The notes beneath the pieces are model-generated. The model made no database searches, was not told where the DNA came from, and saw nothing but the letters and a program-made list of their open reading frames with translations. From NCBI GenBank assembly GCA_963774265.1, contig CAVZDU010000002.1:512001-576000 (forward strand): 64,000 bases of DNA, written 5' to 3'. The first letter of the stretch is position 1. Every line of letters starts with the position of its first letter. Shown one piece after another: positions 12,153 to 24,483 of the stretch. This DNA comes from an uncultured Chloroflexia bacterium. GTDB taxonomy: Bacteria; Chloroflexota; Anaerolineae; CG2-30-64-16. Made by a program: the position numbers and the translations under genes.

Positions 12153-12353
12153 GTGTGAGGTATTCTCGGCTTGGGCAGACGGCAACAAATGGACAATCGC
12201 TAAGATCTTTTGGCTGGCATTCAATCTCGCGCTTTCGGAACGTATGCATCGCGAGCGCAGACGCGCGCAACGACGGGCTGATAGATAAGTGGACAACTCT
12301 GCGCTGCGCTACGAGTTGCCACTTACCACAGCTACTACGACGACGGGTGGTTC

Positions 12354-12895
12354 TAGGGCAATCGCATCTTAATGGCCTGGGAAGAGCACTTTGAGCAGGT
12401 ACGGCTCATCCAGCGGCTTTGAGGCGCTTGGCTTGATGCCGGCTTGACACTCTTTTCCTGTTTGAGCAGGTTGAGGCAATGTGCCGGAGAACAGCGAAGT
12501 TGGCCGGGGTTGTCCTTGCGCACCGCTGGTGATCTTCATCGAAGCGATGTCGAGCACCAGTGCAACCGTTTTCGATGCCGATGGCTGCGCACCGCTTTGA
12601 GCATGCGCCGGGCATCGCGTCAGACTGGAGATGAAGTAACGGGTCTCGATCGTCGTCTCGCCGGCATTCGGCGCTCGGCGACGACCTTGACGATCGTGTG
12701 GAGGTTGCGCCACCAGCCGGTTGCGCAAGTAGCTCACCAGACTGCCATCCGAGATGGTCCAACACTGACGGATTTCGAGGCGGCCATGCGCTTGTCCGTC
12801 GTCTTGTGGTAATCGTGCGGGACGTCTGGAAGTTCACTTCTTGAGCTCCGCAAACAGTGTGTGGATGTCTTCGTAGAGATGGCCTGGTTCTTTAG
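12354..12895 (-). mobile_element. Truncated, frameshifted ISAs1-family transposase with right end
   Basis: ETRYFISSL, IEN..H..LD..F.ED, NFAVLRHIA and IKAKRLKAAG.DEPYLLKVL pieces; terminal tagggcaatcgcatc; 5' part missing. Confidence 0.8.
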
Positions 12896-12899
12896 CATG

Positions 12900-12981
12900 G
12901 GTAAGGGCGTAGGCGAGAAAGTAACCGCCGTCCTCACGGCCACAACCAACCGACGGTCCGCATGGCCAGGCCAAAAACGCT
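12900..12981 (+). repeat. ~82-bp direct repeat, copy B
   Basis: ggtaagggcgtaggcgagaaagtaaccgccgtcctcacggccacaacc...tggccaggccaaaaacgct. Confidence 0.9.
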
Positions 12982-13018
12982 TGACGACACGGACGGTGGT
13001 TGATTAGTCCGGTGCATA

Positions 13019-13066
13019 GTTCACATCCGTGAGAGGGTCGTGGGTTCGAGTCCCTCCCCGCCCACC
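13019..13066 (+). tRNA. Degenerate 3' fragment of a tRNA, probably Val(CAC); likely att remnant, not functional
   Basis: TTCACAT anticodon-loop-like; GGGTC-GTGGG-TTCGAGT-CCCTC T-arm; CCCGCCC-ACC acceptor end; no proper D-arm. Confidence 0.55.
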
Positions 13067-13254
13067 TCGATCCGAAGGGCGGTTACGGCCAGCACGGACC
13101 GCCGTAAAGCCTATCGTCATGATCTTCGAACTTCGAAACACTGACTTGACTGCGGAACAGGTGTGCCCTAGACTTCCTATCAGCAGCGAGCACATGAAAT
13201 CAGGAAGTCCGATCACTAGTTGCCGGTGCTGGAAGCCTCTTCGGAGATAGACGA

Positions 13255-13961
13255 ATGCCGCCGAATCACATCTTGCTGGTGGACGATGACCCCTTGCTCC
13301 GCCGCAGCGTGGCTTTTAGCCTGGAACGTGCTGGCTACCGTGTGATTACTGCAGCCAATGCAGAGGAAGCGCTCGCTATCGCCGACCGCAATCCGCCAGA
13401 CCTGGTGCTTCTCGATATTGGGCTGCCCGGCATCGACGGCCTCGGACAGCGCTCCGACACTTCCGGGAGCTGGCCGTACGCCCCGCCTATTATCTTCCTC
13501 ACCACGTGCCGGCGCGAGCTGGAGCAGGTTCTGGGCCTCGAACTGGTCGCGACGATTACATCACCAAGCCATTCGATAAAGACGTGCTCTGGCGCACATC
13601 AAGGCAGTCCTTCGGCGTGTCCGGCAGCCATCGGCGCCGCCTCCCGAACCGCAAGCCTCTACATAGGCGACTGATCATTGAACCGCGCACGCACCAGGTT
13701 ACGGTTGGTGATCGAGTTGTGGAACTGACACGGCGCGAATTTGACCTCCTCTATGCGCTGGCCGAAGAGCCGGGGCGCATCCTGTCGGCCGACGACCTGC
13801 TGGCGCTGCGTGTGGGTGCGCCGAATTCCTGGGCGAGCGCCCAGGTGGTCTACGTGCACGTGCGCTGGCTGCGCGAGAAACTGGAGGAGGAACCTAGCCG
13901 GCCGCGGCGGATCATCACCGTGCGGGGGCTAGGCTACAAGCTGGAACGTCCGGAGGCCTGA
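13255..13961 (+). CDS. OmpR/PhoB-family response regulator (frameshifted)
   Basis: ILLVDDD, PDLVLLDIGLPG, DDYITKPF, LTRREFDLL, VHVRWLREKLE, ITVRGLGYKL. Confidence 0.9.
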
Positions 13962-15413
13962 TGTTCAGCACGCTGCGCCATCGCTTCATCTTCAGCCACC
14001 TGGTTCCTTTGCTCATTATCGTGCCGCTGATCGGAATTGCGCTGATCTATCTCCTGGAAGCTCAGGTGGTGCTACCCAGCCTTTCGAATGAGCTGGCGGG
14101 CCAGGCTGGTCTGGTGGCAGAGATGGCGCGTGATCAGCCGGACGTATGGAGCAACGCGATCACAGGCGCAGGCTTTCGTCAGCAGCGTGTCAGCCCCCGA
14201 CTTACTGCGCGACTGATGCTGCTGGACAGTGGCGGACGGCTGTTAGCTTCCAGCGATTCCAACGATGCCGGCCGGCTGGGGTTGCCCCTCGACCATCCCG
14301 GTCTCAGACAAGCGTTATCCGGTCAAGTCTTCGCTCAAGAGGCGCGCAGCCAAGGGTTGCGTGCCGAAGTAGCCGACGTCCTGACGCCCGCCCTGGGCGC
14401 CAATCGACAAGTCACCGGCGTTGTACGGCTGAGCTATCCGCTGACCAGTGTATACGAGCGTTTTCAGCTCCTGCGCTACCTGATTGCAGGCGTCCTGGTC
14501 GTCGGGCTGATCCTGGGGGCGATTGCCGGCACGGCGCTGGCATTGGACCTGGGCCGGCCAATCCAGGATACCCAGCGCGCTGCGGAGCAATTGGCCTTTG
14601 GGCAATCGCCCGCCCCGTTAGCAGAGCAGGGACCGGAGGAAATCCGCTCGCTGGCCCGCTCTTTCAATGTCCTGGCGGCGCGGCTGCATATGCTCGAAGA
14701 GTCCCGCCGCCAGCTGCTAGCCAACCTGGTGCACGAGTTGGGGCGGCCCTTAGGCGCATTACTGGCAGCAGTACAGGCGCTTGAAGGGGGCGCAGACCAG
14801 GAAGCAAGATTGCGTCAAGAGGCTCTCATGCGGGTATGGAGGCGCAAATCCGCCGCTTGCAGCGCCTGCTGGACGACCTGGCACAACTCCACGATCGGGT
14901 ACTGGGCAAGTCTTGAGCTGGACCGACAGCCCATCGCGCGCTGGCTGAGTGGCTCCCCGCGACCCTGTACTCCCTGGCATGAGGCGGCCATCCAAAAGGA
15001 GTTGGAATGGCGGAGCAGCATTTCCGCTACCCTGCCGGCCATCTCGGCAGACCCCGACCGGTTGGCGCAGGCCGTAGGCAACCTGGTCAGTAACGCCATC
15101 AAGTATACGCCGCCGCAGGGCAGCGTTATGGTGAGCGCCGGTTCCCAGGCAGGCGAGGTCTGGCTCCGCGGGTCAGCGACACCGGTCCGGGAATCGCAGC
15201 CGAGGAACAGGCACGCATCTTCGCACCGTTCTATCGCGGTCAGTCGTCCGGCCGCTTCCCACAAGGGATGGGGCTGGGTCTCAGCATCGCGCGCGCGACC
15301 TGGTCACGGCGCACGGTGGGCGGCTCACCGTCGAAAGCGCGCCCGGCGCAGGCAGCCATTTCACGATCTGGCTTCCCGTTCAAGCACCCTCTAACCACGC
15401 AGAATCCCGATAG
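13961..15413 (+). CDS. HAMP-domain sensor histidine kinase (frameshifted)
   Basis: 2 TM segments, HAMP, H-box LVHELGRPL, N-box NLVSNAIKY, G boxes split across frames. Confidence 0.88.
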
Positions 15414-15639
15414 CCTCTCCTCACTCCGCTTAAGCTCGACTTAACCTCCGATAAGCTCGGCGTAAGGACAAAAGCGTCCTTTGTATGCTACGCTTGGGCC
15501 AACTTGACGTTGTGCGGCGGCGCCCTTCCCTGAGCGACCAGCAACCGTAGCGACAGGACGTGCAGCACGAACAGAACACGTGCGCCGATCCGAAGCGGAT
15601 TCAGGGTGGGAATCTCTCGCCGCCAACAGAGGAGATGCT

Positions 15640-16116
15640 ATGTCACAGGAACAAATGAAGGAAGCCTTTCGAACGGTGATCGAAGCCGCATACGGCGCCG
15701 GCAAAGTGGATGCTCTCGATGATCTCTTCGCTGCCCGATTTCGTGGAACACCAGTCGGACATCACGCCCCCAACGTTGGAGGGTGTCAAACGATCTATCG
15801 CCAACCTGCGGAATGCCTTCCCTGATATGAGCGACACCATCGAGGAGATGCACACCGATGGGGACCGGCTATGGGCGCGCCTGCAGTGTCCGCGGCACGC
15901 AGCGGGGGCCCTTCGCCGGGTTCCCCCCCACCGGCAAGCCGATCGCTATCACAGGTTCTGGATGAGTGCCGCTTCAAGGATGGCAAGATCGTCGAGCACT
16001 GGGGCGTCGCTGATCGGCTCGCGGCGCTGGCGCAGATTGGCGCTTTGCCGGCGGCCGCCACAGGGCTAGACCCTGGCAAACAGAGCCAGCGATTGCGGCC
16101 CGGCGACCTGCCCTGA
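15640..16116 (+). CDS. SnoaL-like ester cyclase (frameshifted)
   Basis: AFPDMSDTIEEM..DGDR, PPTGK and RFKDGKIVEHWG across frames. Confidence 0.75.
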
Positions 16117-16166
16117 GCCGGCCGACCGGGTCACATCGCTGACCGTGACGCGATGAGGGATGCGGA

Positions 16167-16376
16167 ATGCTGCCCGTACACGGGGTGCCCTTGCTGATCG
16201 CTCTCCTGGTTGGCCTGCTGCTTGGCCTCATCGTAGCAAGCCTGCTGGGGAAAAGTGCTGGCGCGAATTCTGAGACCCCGGCGAGGGCGCAGGTCGACAT
16301 GTTGTCGGGGATGCTCGTGCTGGGTGCATTCGCCATGGGTGTCTTCGTGACTTACGTCCTGGCGGGGCCCCGGTGA
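16167..16376 (+). CDS. Small 2-TM hypothetical membrane protein
   Basis: 69-aa ORF with two hydrophobic stretches. Confidence 0.5.
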   Translation: MLPVHGVPLLIALLVGLLLGLIVASLLGKSAGANSETPARAQVDMLSGMLVLGAFAMGVFVTYVLAGPR

Positions 16377-16571
16377 ATGCAGGGAAACCGGGGGACTCTC
16401 ATGCCGCAGGACGCGGGAGCCCGACCTGCAAACCCTGAGATGAAGAAGATATGCGCTAGGGATGCCCAGGCGTCCAGTCCCTGAAGCGACGACAACCCAT
16501 ATTAAGGTTCAACGTGTGATGAAGCAGCATTTAGGCAGTTTGCGAGAGCAAAAAGCACTCCGTAGCAGGAT

Positions 16572-17159
16572 TTGGAAAGGACACAATCTGTGAATGTCAA
16601 GAATCAAAGCCGTGTTGCCGGCGTCGTGGGTATGGTATCTGCAGGACTTTGGCTGGTCGCGCTCATTGTTGAGTATCGCTTCGGTTTGCAGCCACCTGGC
16701 GATGGCAGTATGTTGTACTTTGCCAATCAGATCATGTTTCTTTATCGCCCTGCGGGTTATTTGATGATGCTCTTGGGACTGTGGAGGTCGAAAGCGGCAG
16801 GCGATGGCATGTTTGGGAAAGTCTCCCTGGGCATGTTTATTGCGGGGCTGGCTTCGCTACTCATCGCTCAGATTGCGCAATGGTTGACGAAAAACCCCGA
16901 TTTCTTCCTCTACCCTGTTGGAGGGCTACTGCAGCTTCTCGGTGGACTTCTGACAGGGATTGCTGTGATCACTGCCAAACGCTGGAATGGCTGGCAGAGA
17001 TTCGCTCCACTGTTGCAGGGATTGTACTACCTGATCGCGCTCTTTGTTCCCATCGCAATTTCGAATCAATCTCCAACTCAGCTCGGAGAGTCGATCTGGC
17101 AAGTAACATGGTTCATCACAAGCCTGGCGCTTTTTACGAAATCAAGCAACCAGTATTAG
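16572..17159 (+). CDS. Hypothetical multi-pass membrane protein (likely start GTG 16590)
   Basis: About 6 hydrophobic helices; visibly lower GC. Confidence 0.65.
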   Translation: MERTQSVNVKNQSRVAGVVGMVSAGLWLVALIVEYRFGLQPPGDGSMLYFANQIMFLYRPAGYLMMLLGLWRSKAAGDGMFGKVSLGMFIAGLASLLIAQIAQWLTKNPDFFLYPVGGLLQLLGGLLTGIAVITAKRWNGWQRFAPLLQGLYYLIALFVPIAISNQSPTQLGESIWQVTWFITSLALFTKSSNQY

Positions 17160-17237
17160 CCCGCCTAAAGCTATCAGATGCTCAAGGAAGTAGCTAGATG
17201 TTACAGGTTGCACATAGTGTTGTGATAGACAAGCCAA

Positions 17238-19968
17238 ATGAATGCTTTGATGCTGAAACGCACGCTGCCTGTTCCTCATACGGCGCCGGTCAGCCGGGGA
17301 ACTGCTAAGCCCTGGCATAGCCTCACGGTCGAGGCGGTCTTGAGCGAGTTGGACGTCCAGACCGGTGGGCTCACACGGCTGAGGCGGACACGAGACTTGA
17401 GCGGTTCGGCCGCAACGAGATCGCGCGGCGCAAGCCGATCTCGCCGCTGCGCCTATTCCTCAAGCAGTTCGCCAACTTCTTCGTGTTGGTGTTGCTGTTT
17501 GCGGCGGCTTGGCCTACGCAGTCAGCTTCCTGCCGGGTGAGACTGACCGGCGACTGACCGCTTTCTTCATCCTGGGTATCATCGCCATCAGCGTGCTGCT
17601 CGGTTTCTTCGAGGAGTTCCGGGCGCAGAAGTAGCTGGATGCGCTGGATAAGCTGCTGGTCTTCAAAGCCATGGTCCTGCGCGATGGCGTCGCGGCACCA
17701 GGTGGATGCCGCCGAGATCGTGCCCGGCGACATCCTGGTGCTGGCGCAAGGGCAGAAGGTACCGGCCGACGCGCGGGTGATCGAAGCCCACAGCTTGCGC
17801 GCCGATGAGTCGGCGCTGACCGGCGAGAGCGTCGCGGTCCGACAAGTCGCCGGCATCGGTCGCCCCCGACGCCGTTCTGGCCGAGCGCACGAGCATGATC
17901 TACGGCTCGACCTACATCACACACGGCACGGGCTGGCGGTCGCCGTGCAGACGGGCATGGCGACCGAGGTGGGCCAAAATCGCCGGCACGCTGCAGCAGA
18001 TGGCCGAGCGCCCCACGCCGTTCCAGGTGGAAGTGCGGAAAGATGGCGCGGCAGATGACCGATGATCGTCGGCGTCCTGGCCGTCGCTGGTCGCCGTTAT
18101 CCTGCTGCTTTCTGCTGCATGAGCCGCCGATGGATGTGGCGCTCAACACGCTCGAGCCTGGCGGTCGCGACCATGCCCGAAAGCCTGCCATCGTGCTGAC
18201 GTTCGCGCTGGCCCTCGGGCGCGCGTCAGATGGCTGCGCGGCAAGGCGGTGGTGCGGCGCCTGTCGGTGGTCGAATCGCTGGGCTCGGTGGACACCATCT
18301 GCACCGACAAGACCGGCACGCTGACGCAGAACGTCATGACGGTGCAAGGCTTATGCTCGCGGATGGCCAGGTCGTACCAGCGCCGCAGGGCCAGCTGTCG
18401 GATGAGCCGCTCGCCGACGTCGCTGCGGGCGGGCGTCTGTGCAACGAGGCGACGGTCGAGGACCGGCGGCACGCGCAAGATCATCGGCGACCCGGTGGAT
18501 ACGGCGCATGCTGCGCTGCGGCGCAGGCTGGCCGGGCTGGATGTCGCAGGCGATACGAGCAAGCTTGCCCGAAGGTGGACGAAATCCCATTCAGCTCCGA
18601 ACGGAAGATGATGACGACGATTCATCAGCACGATGGACGGCTGGCTCGCCTACACCAAGGGCGCACCCGAGGCGATACTGGCACGCTGCACATCGCTGTC
18701 AGCGGGATGGCCGCGAATGCGGATCCTGCATGACGCGCATTGCCGGCGCGCAGTCCGCCAGGTCGATAGGTCAACATGGAAAGCGCTGGTATGTACGTGC
18801 TGGCACTGGCCACAAAGAGATTGCCCGGGTCGGTGCGCCGGAGACATGTCGAACAGGGGCTGACCTTCCTGGGTCTGCAGGCGCTGATGGATCCGCCGCG
18901 ACCCGAGCCGCAGACGGCCATCGCCGCAGGCGCAGGACGCAGGCATCCGCGTGGTGATGATCACAGGCGACAACGCGCTCACGGCCAGCGCCGATCGGCC
19001 GGCCAGCCTGGGAATCGGCGAGCGACGCGGTCGAAGCGCACGAGACTGGACGGAACTGGCTCACGCGCGGCGCTCCAGGAACGAATGAAGACGATGGATA
19101 TCGTGGCGCGCGCCACACCGCAGATCAAGCAGCGGGTGCTGCAGGCCCTGCAGGACGACGGTCACTTTGTCGCATGACAGGCGACGGGGTGAACGACGCG
19201 ACCGCGCTGAAGCAATCCGACGTGGGCGTGGCGATGGGTCTACGCGGGCACGGACATCGCCAAGGAATCGGCAGCGATGGTGCTGCTGGACGACAACTTC
19301 TCCACGATCGTGGCGGCGGTCGAGGAAGGCCGGCGCATCTTCGACAACATCCGCAAGTTCACCAACTACCTGCTCAGCACCAGCCTCGGTGAAGTTGTCG
19401 TTGTGCTGGCGCTCTCGGTGGCGGGCTACTTCCCGCTCTCGGCGACGATGCTGCTGTGGGTCAACGTGGTGACGGACCTGATCCCGGCCAGCGCGCTGGC
19501 CGGCCGACCCGGCCGTGCCGCATGTGATGAAACGCCGGCCGCGGCATCACGACGAGCCGATGCTGAACAAGGCCATCTATGCCACGATCGCCGGAAGCAT
19601 GTTCCGCACGCTGATCGCCTACTGGCTGATCTTCTGGGCAGGCCTCCAGGCTGGGCGGCGTCGACCTATGCGCGCACCATGCTCTTCACCAGCATCGTGC
19701 TGCACGCGTTCACGCGCGTGATGGTGGTGCGGCAGATGGACACCCTGTCGATCTGGTCAAACTCGCGCGCTGCTCTGGAGCTATGCGGTCGCGGTCGGGC
19801 TGCAACTGCTCGCGCATCTACACACCTCTGGCGCGACCTGTTCGGCATCGTGCCGCTGGACTGGCGCGCGTGGGCGGTGATGGTGCCGGTGGTCGCAGGC
19901 TCGTCTCTGGCAGGGGCATCTACATGACGCGCTGGATCCTGAAGCTAGTGCCATTATGGGAGAGCTGA
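17238..19968 (+). CDS. Cation-transporting P-type ATPase (type IIA-like); many frameshifts and one in-frame TAG
   Basis: [61 protein letters not shown]. Confidence 0.85.
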
Positions 19969-20374
19969 TATGAACCTTCTGCTGAACCATGCTCCCGGTC
20001 CGGCTTCATATGAAAACATCTTAGCAGGTAACACATGGTTCGTGGCGCATTCAGTCGGCATTAGCCCAAGAGAGCGCCAAGGCGGGTGTCATGTCGTCAA
20101 AGGCGCGATCGACGGCATCCAGCAGGCATTGCAGCGAGCCGTACAAGCGATTGGCGGCGATCTGGCCCTTGAAGTCGTAACCAAATGTTCTCGACCGGAT
20201 TGAGATGTGAGCAGTACTTCGGCAAGTAGAACACCTGGAGCCGGGGGTGCTCGGCCAACCAGTCTTTGACCACGTCTATGGAAATCGATCACGCGCCAAA
20301 TCCACGTGCGCGCCGCGAGGACCGCCGTCGTCCACCCGGAACGCCGGCGGTCCCCGCGTCTGTTGACCCGGGTG

Positions 20375-22595
20375 CTACCCGACAGACACGGTCGCGGTAA
20401 GCGGCGTGTTGTCGCTGGAGTTGCCGACGTACACCCGGTAATCGCCGGGCTTCACGACGAAGCCGCGGGAGCAGTAGTCCCACACGGACAGCGGGTGGTT
20501 GGTCGCCGCCGGGTCGATGACGATGCTGACCCGCTGCGACTCACCCGGTTCAAGGCTGACCTTCTTGAAGCCGACGAGTCGCTTCGGCGGCTGGCCCTCG
20601 ACGGGGATTCCCAGGTAGACCTGCCCGACCTCGGCGCCCACGACCGACCCGGTGTTGGTCAACGTGAACTCCACCCGGATAGGCGCGATCGGCGCGACGG
20701 CGCCCTGCGCCGCTCCGTAAGTGGCGGTCGGGCTGACGGCGGCCATCTTTTGGACGGCGGCCGTCCGTTGGACGGCTAGGTCCGAAATCTCGAACGTGGT
20801 GTACGACAGTCCGAAGCCGAACGGGAACAGCGGCTTGATGCCCTGGGACTGGAACCAGCGGTAGCCGACCTGGCGGCCCTCCGTGTAGCGGATGACCGGG
20901 AAGCCGCCACCCTCGTCGGTGCCGGGGTAGCGAACCGGGTCGTTGTAGTAAAGTGTGTCCTTCTCGGATGCCGGGTAGGTGGTCGGGACCTTGCCCCCGG
21001 GGTTCACGATACCGAACAGCAGGTCAGCGACGACGTGGCCGTCCTCCGTGCCCTGGTTCCACGCCTCGAGGATGGCCGGCGCCTTGTCGATCCACGGCAT
21101 GAGCACCGGGGAGCTGTCCTTCAGCACGACCACGGTCCTGTCGTTGAGTCCGAGCAGCGCGTCGAGCATCCGGTTCTGGCCGTTGAACAGGTCCCCGCTC
21201 GGGCGGTCGACACCCTCGGTGGCGACGACGCCGGCCATGAGGATGACGGTATCAGCCGCCTTGACGGCGGCCTTGGCCGCGTCCAGGTTCGACAGGTCGT
21301 TGGCGACGGTGACCTTGCTGACGGTGGCGTCCGAGCAGAGGTCACGCAGCACGTCTTGCATGCCCTCGACCGGCGGGACCGTGTACAGCGGGGTGACCTT
21401 CGAGGAGCCGCCACCGCCCTGGCAGGCGTCGTCGACGTAGTCGGCCTGGCCGACGATGAGGACCTTGCCGGCCGTCCTGGGGTCCAGAGGCAGGAGCCCG
21501 CCCTCGTTCTTCAGCAGCACGGCGAGCTGCTCGCCGATCTTGCGGGAGATGGCGCCGTGGCCCCTGGCATCGATCACGCCCGGGTTGTACGGGTGCTCGA
21601 AATGGCCGAAGCGGAACATCTGCGTGAAGCGACGCACCAGCGCCCGGTTGACCGTCTGGATCTCCAGGCTCGTGTCCCGAAGGGCGGCCTTCACGGTGTC
21701 GTCGCTGCACCACTTGGCATCGGGCATCTCGTGGTCCATGCCAGCATTCAGCGACGCAGCGCACGAACGGCAGGACCAAAAGTCGGACTGCACGTACCCC
21801 TCGAAGCCCCACTCCTCGCGCAGGATGTTCGTCAGGGTGTAGCGGTTCTCGGTCGCATAGGTGCCGCGCACCCGGTTGTAGGCGCTCATCACCGCGGCAA
21901 GCCTGGCATCCTTGACCACCATCTCGAACGGCAGCAGGTAGATCTCGCGCAGCACGTCCTCGTCCACCTCGACACTGGTGCGGAAGCGCTCGTACTCCTG
22001 GTCATTGACCACGTAGTGCTTGGCCATGGCGATCACGTCATGGGACCTGGATCGCTTTGGTGACCTCGACGCCCATGACGCCCGACAGGTAGGGATCCTC
22101 GGAGAAGTACTCGAAATTGCGGCCGGCGATTGCGGTGCGCTCGATGCACACACCCGGGCCTTCGAGCACGTGCTGGCCCAGGGTCGCGGTCTCCGAGCCG
22201 ATCAGGTCGCCGTACGTGTAGGCCAGCTCCGGGTCGAAACCAGCGGCCAGTGCGATCGCCATCGGCAGGCTCGTCGCGGGCGGGCTGGGCGTCCCGTCGC
22301 CCATCCCGACGCCCACAGGGCCGTTAGTGATGCGGAAGCGCGGGATGCCGAGCTCCTCGATGGCCTTGACGTGACGCTCGATCCGGATCTGGGCCGCGAG
22401 CCGGTCCATCTCCTCCTTCGTCGTCGCCTGCGCGGACAAGCCGTAGATGTCGATCGTCTCCATGTTGCCATGCAGCTGCTGGATCTTTTGCTCCAGCGTC
22501 ATGGCGGCAACGAGCTTTTCGGCGCGCTCACGTGGGGACAGGGACTTGTCCATCCACGGGAACGAACCAGTGTCCTGGGTGGTTTCCGGGCTCAT
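20375..22595 (-). CDS. GH3 beta-glucosidase (frameshift ~22045)
   Basis: GRNFEYFSEDP, KHYVVN, GYVQSDFW (nucleophile Asp), PFGFGLSYT, C-terminal FN3-like domain. Confidence 0.9.
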
Positions 22596-22808
22596 AGTCG
22601 GATCTCCTCTGCGCGGCCAAGCGGATTGATGACAAGGCAATGGTACGTTCTGAACCTGACTGGGATCACACGTATCGGGGCTGCTGCGATGATCCTGTCC
22701 TGGATTGCATGTTACGCATATTGGCGGTGCGTGCCTATGATCTATGTCATGTGAAGAGCACCATTCAGCTCGCATAGGGAATGCAGTAGGACACGGTGGA
22801 TCTGTATT

Positions 22809-24377
22809 TCATCCTGCAGCAGGCATCCCTGGATCAGCATATGGCACAGCCTCCTCCCCTTCCTGCATCTCCTCCGATATCACAGGCGTCAGCCAGGTGC
22901 CGCCATCGGGGACAACCAAGGCGCCAGCCGCTTCCGGCCCCCATGTCCCGGCCGGGTAGTTGGGGAAGTCGATCTGCGGCACCGTATCCCACACATTGAG
23001 GATCGGTGTCACCAAGGACCACGCCGCGTCGATCTGGTCTGCGCGCATGAACAAGGTGGCGTCTCCGCGCATCACATCCAGCAGGAGCGTCTCATAGGCT
23101 TCGGGTGGATCTGCCCTAAACGTCTCGCGGTACGAGAAGTGCATCTGCACCGGGCTCAAGCGCAACGTGGGGCCGGGCTGCTTGGCCTGGAAGCGCTGCA
23201 TAATCCCCTCCTCGGGTTGAATGCGGATCAACAGGCGGTTCGGCTGCCAATCTGACACCGCTGATGGTGGAAATGATTGGTGCGGCACGGGCCGGAACTG
23301 GATGCTGATCTCCGACACCCGGGCCGGCAGACGCTTGCCCGTCCGCAGATAAAACGGCACGTCCTGCCAGCGCCAGTTATCCACATATAGCTTCAGCGCG
23401 GCGTAGGTCTCGGTGAACGAGTCGGGGGACACACCCGGCTCATCCCGGTAAGCCGGCACCTTCTGGCCATACAGCCAACCCGCGCCGTACTGGCCGCGCA
23501 CCGCGAACTCGCGCACCTGTTCCTCACGAATGGAACGGATGGCACGCAGGACATCTGCCTTCTTGTTGCGGACCTCGTCAGCGTCAAAAGAGACCACGGG
23601 TTCCATGGCCACGTAACACAGTAGTTGCAGCAGGTGATTCTGCACCATATCACGCAAGGCGCCGGCATGGTCGTAGTAGCCGCCGCGGTGCTCGACCCCA
23701 ACCTCTTCAGCTACGGTGATTTGCACATTATTGATGTAGCGCCGGTCCCAGATGGGCTCGTAAAGGGCATTGGCGAACCGGAAAGCCAGAATGTTCTGCA
23801 CCGTCTCCTTGCCCAGGTAATGGTCGATGCGATAGAGCTGTGACTCCTCGAAGACCTTTCTTAGCATTGTTGTGAGCGCATTGGCTGACGCCAGATCGTG
23901 CCCGTACGGCTTCTCGACCACGATGCGGGTACTCTCATGGTCCCTCGTTAGCCTGGCTCCACTTAGCCCATTGACAATGATCTCGATCACCATGGGAGGG
24001 ACCGCCAGGTAGAAGACGACATCTGCGTGCGTGTTCCATTCCTTCTCCTGGTCGGCCAGGCGTTTCGCCAGCTCTTTGTGCACGGCTGGACCGCCGAGAT
24101 CGCCGCAGATGTATGAGATGCAAGGCGCCATTGCATTCCATACCTGGTCTTCGGCCTTACCCCGCCGCGAGAACCGGTCCACGCCGTCGCGCAAGCGCTG
24201 GTGGAACTCGTCCTCGCGCAGTTCTTTTTGGTCTACGCCGATGACGGCAAACTGTTCCGGCAGCCACTTGTCCAGATATAGGTTGTAGAGCGCCGGCAGC
24301 AGCTTGCGCCAGGTCAGGTCGCCGGCCGCACCGAAAATGACCAACACGGTTGGCCCGGGGTGACTGTGCTCATCCAT
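22809..24377 (-). CDS. zwf: Glucose-6-phosphate 1-dehydrogenase
   Basis: [36 protein letters not shown]. Confidence 0.96.
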   Translation of the reverse strand: MDEHSHPGPTVLVIFGAAGDLTWRKLLPALYNLYLDKWLPEQFAVIGVDQKELREDEFHQRLRDGVDRFSRRGKAEDQVWNAMAPCISYICGDLGGPAVHKELAKRLADQEKEWNTHADVVFYLAVPPMVIEIIVNGLSGARLTRDHESTRIVVEKPYGHDLASANALTTMLRKVFEESQLYRIDHYLGKETVQNILAFRFANALYEPIWDRRYINNVQITVAEEVGVEHRGGYYDHAGALRDMVQNHLLQLLCYVAMEPVVSFDADEVRNKKADVLRAIRSIREEQVREFAVRGQYGAGWLYGQKVPAYRDEPGVSPDSFTETYAALKLYVDNWRWQDVPFYLRTGKRLPARVSEISIQFRPVPHQSFPPSAVSDWQPNRLLIRIQPEEGIMQRFQAKQPGPTLRLSPVQMHFSYRETFRADPPEAYETLLLDVMRGDATLFMRADQIDAAWSLVTPILNVWDTVPQIDFPNYPAGTWGPEAAGALVVPDGGTWLTPVISEEMQEGEEAVPYADPGMPAAG

Positions 24378-24483
24378 ACGTGCGCCTCCCGGCCGTCCCT
24401 TCACAGCAACTGCAGTGAGGGAGTGTTCATTGCTTAGCATAGACTACCTCTTTCTATCCGGCATTCCAGCACTAGAGTCTGAA

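Noticed and set aside
17632-17634. In-frame TAG in the P-type ATPase as possible pyrrolysine/readthrough, given an MttB in the window
   Set aside because: It is at a non-catalytic position in an error-rich gene, the MttB is non-Pyl, and no pyl genes are visible. A base-call error is more likely.
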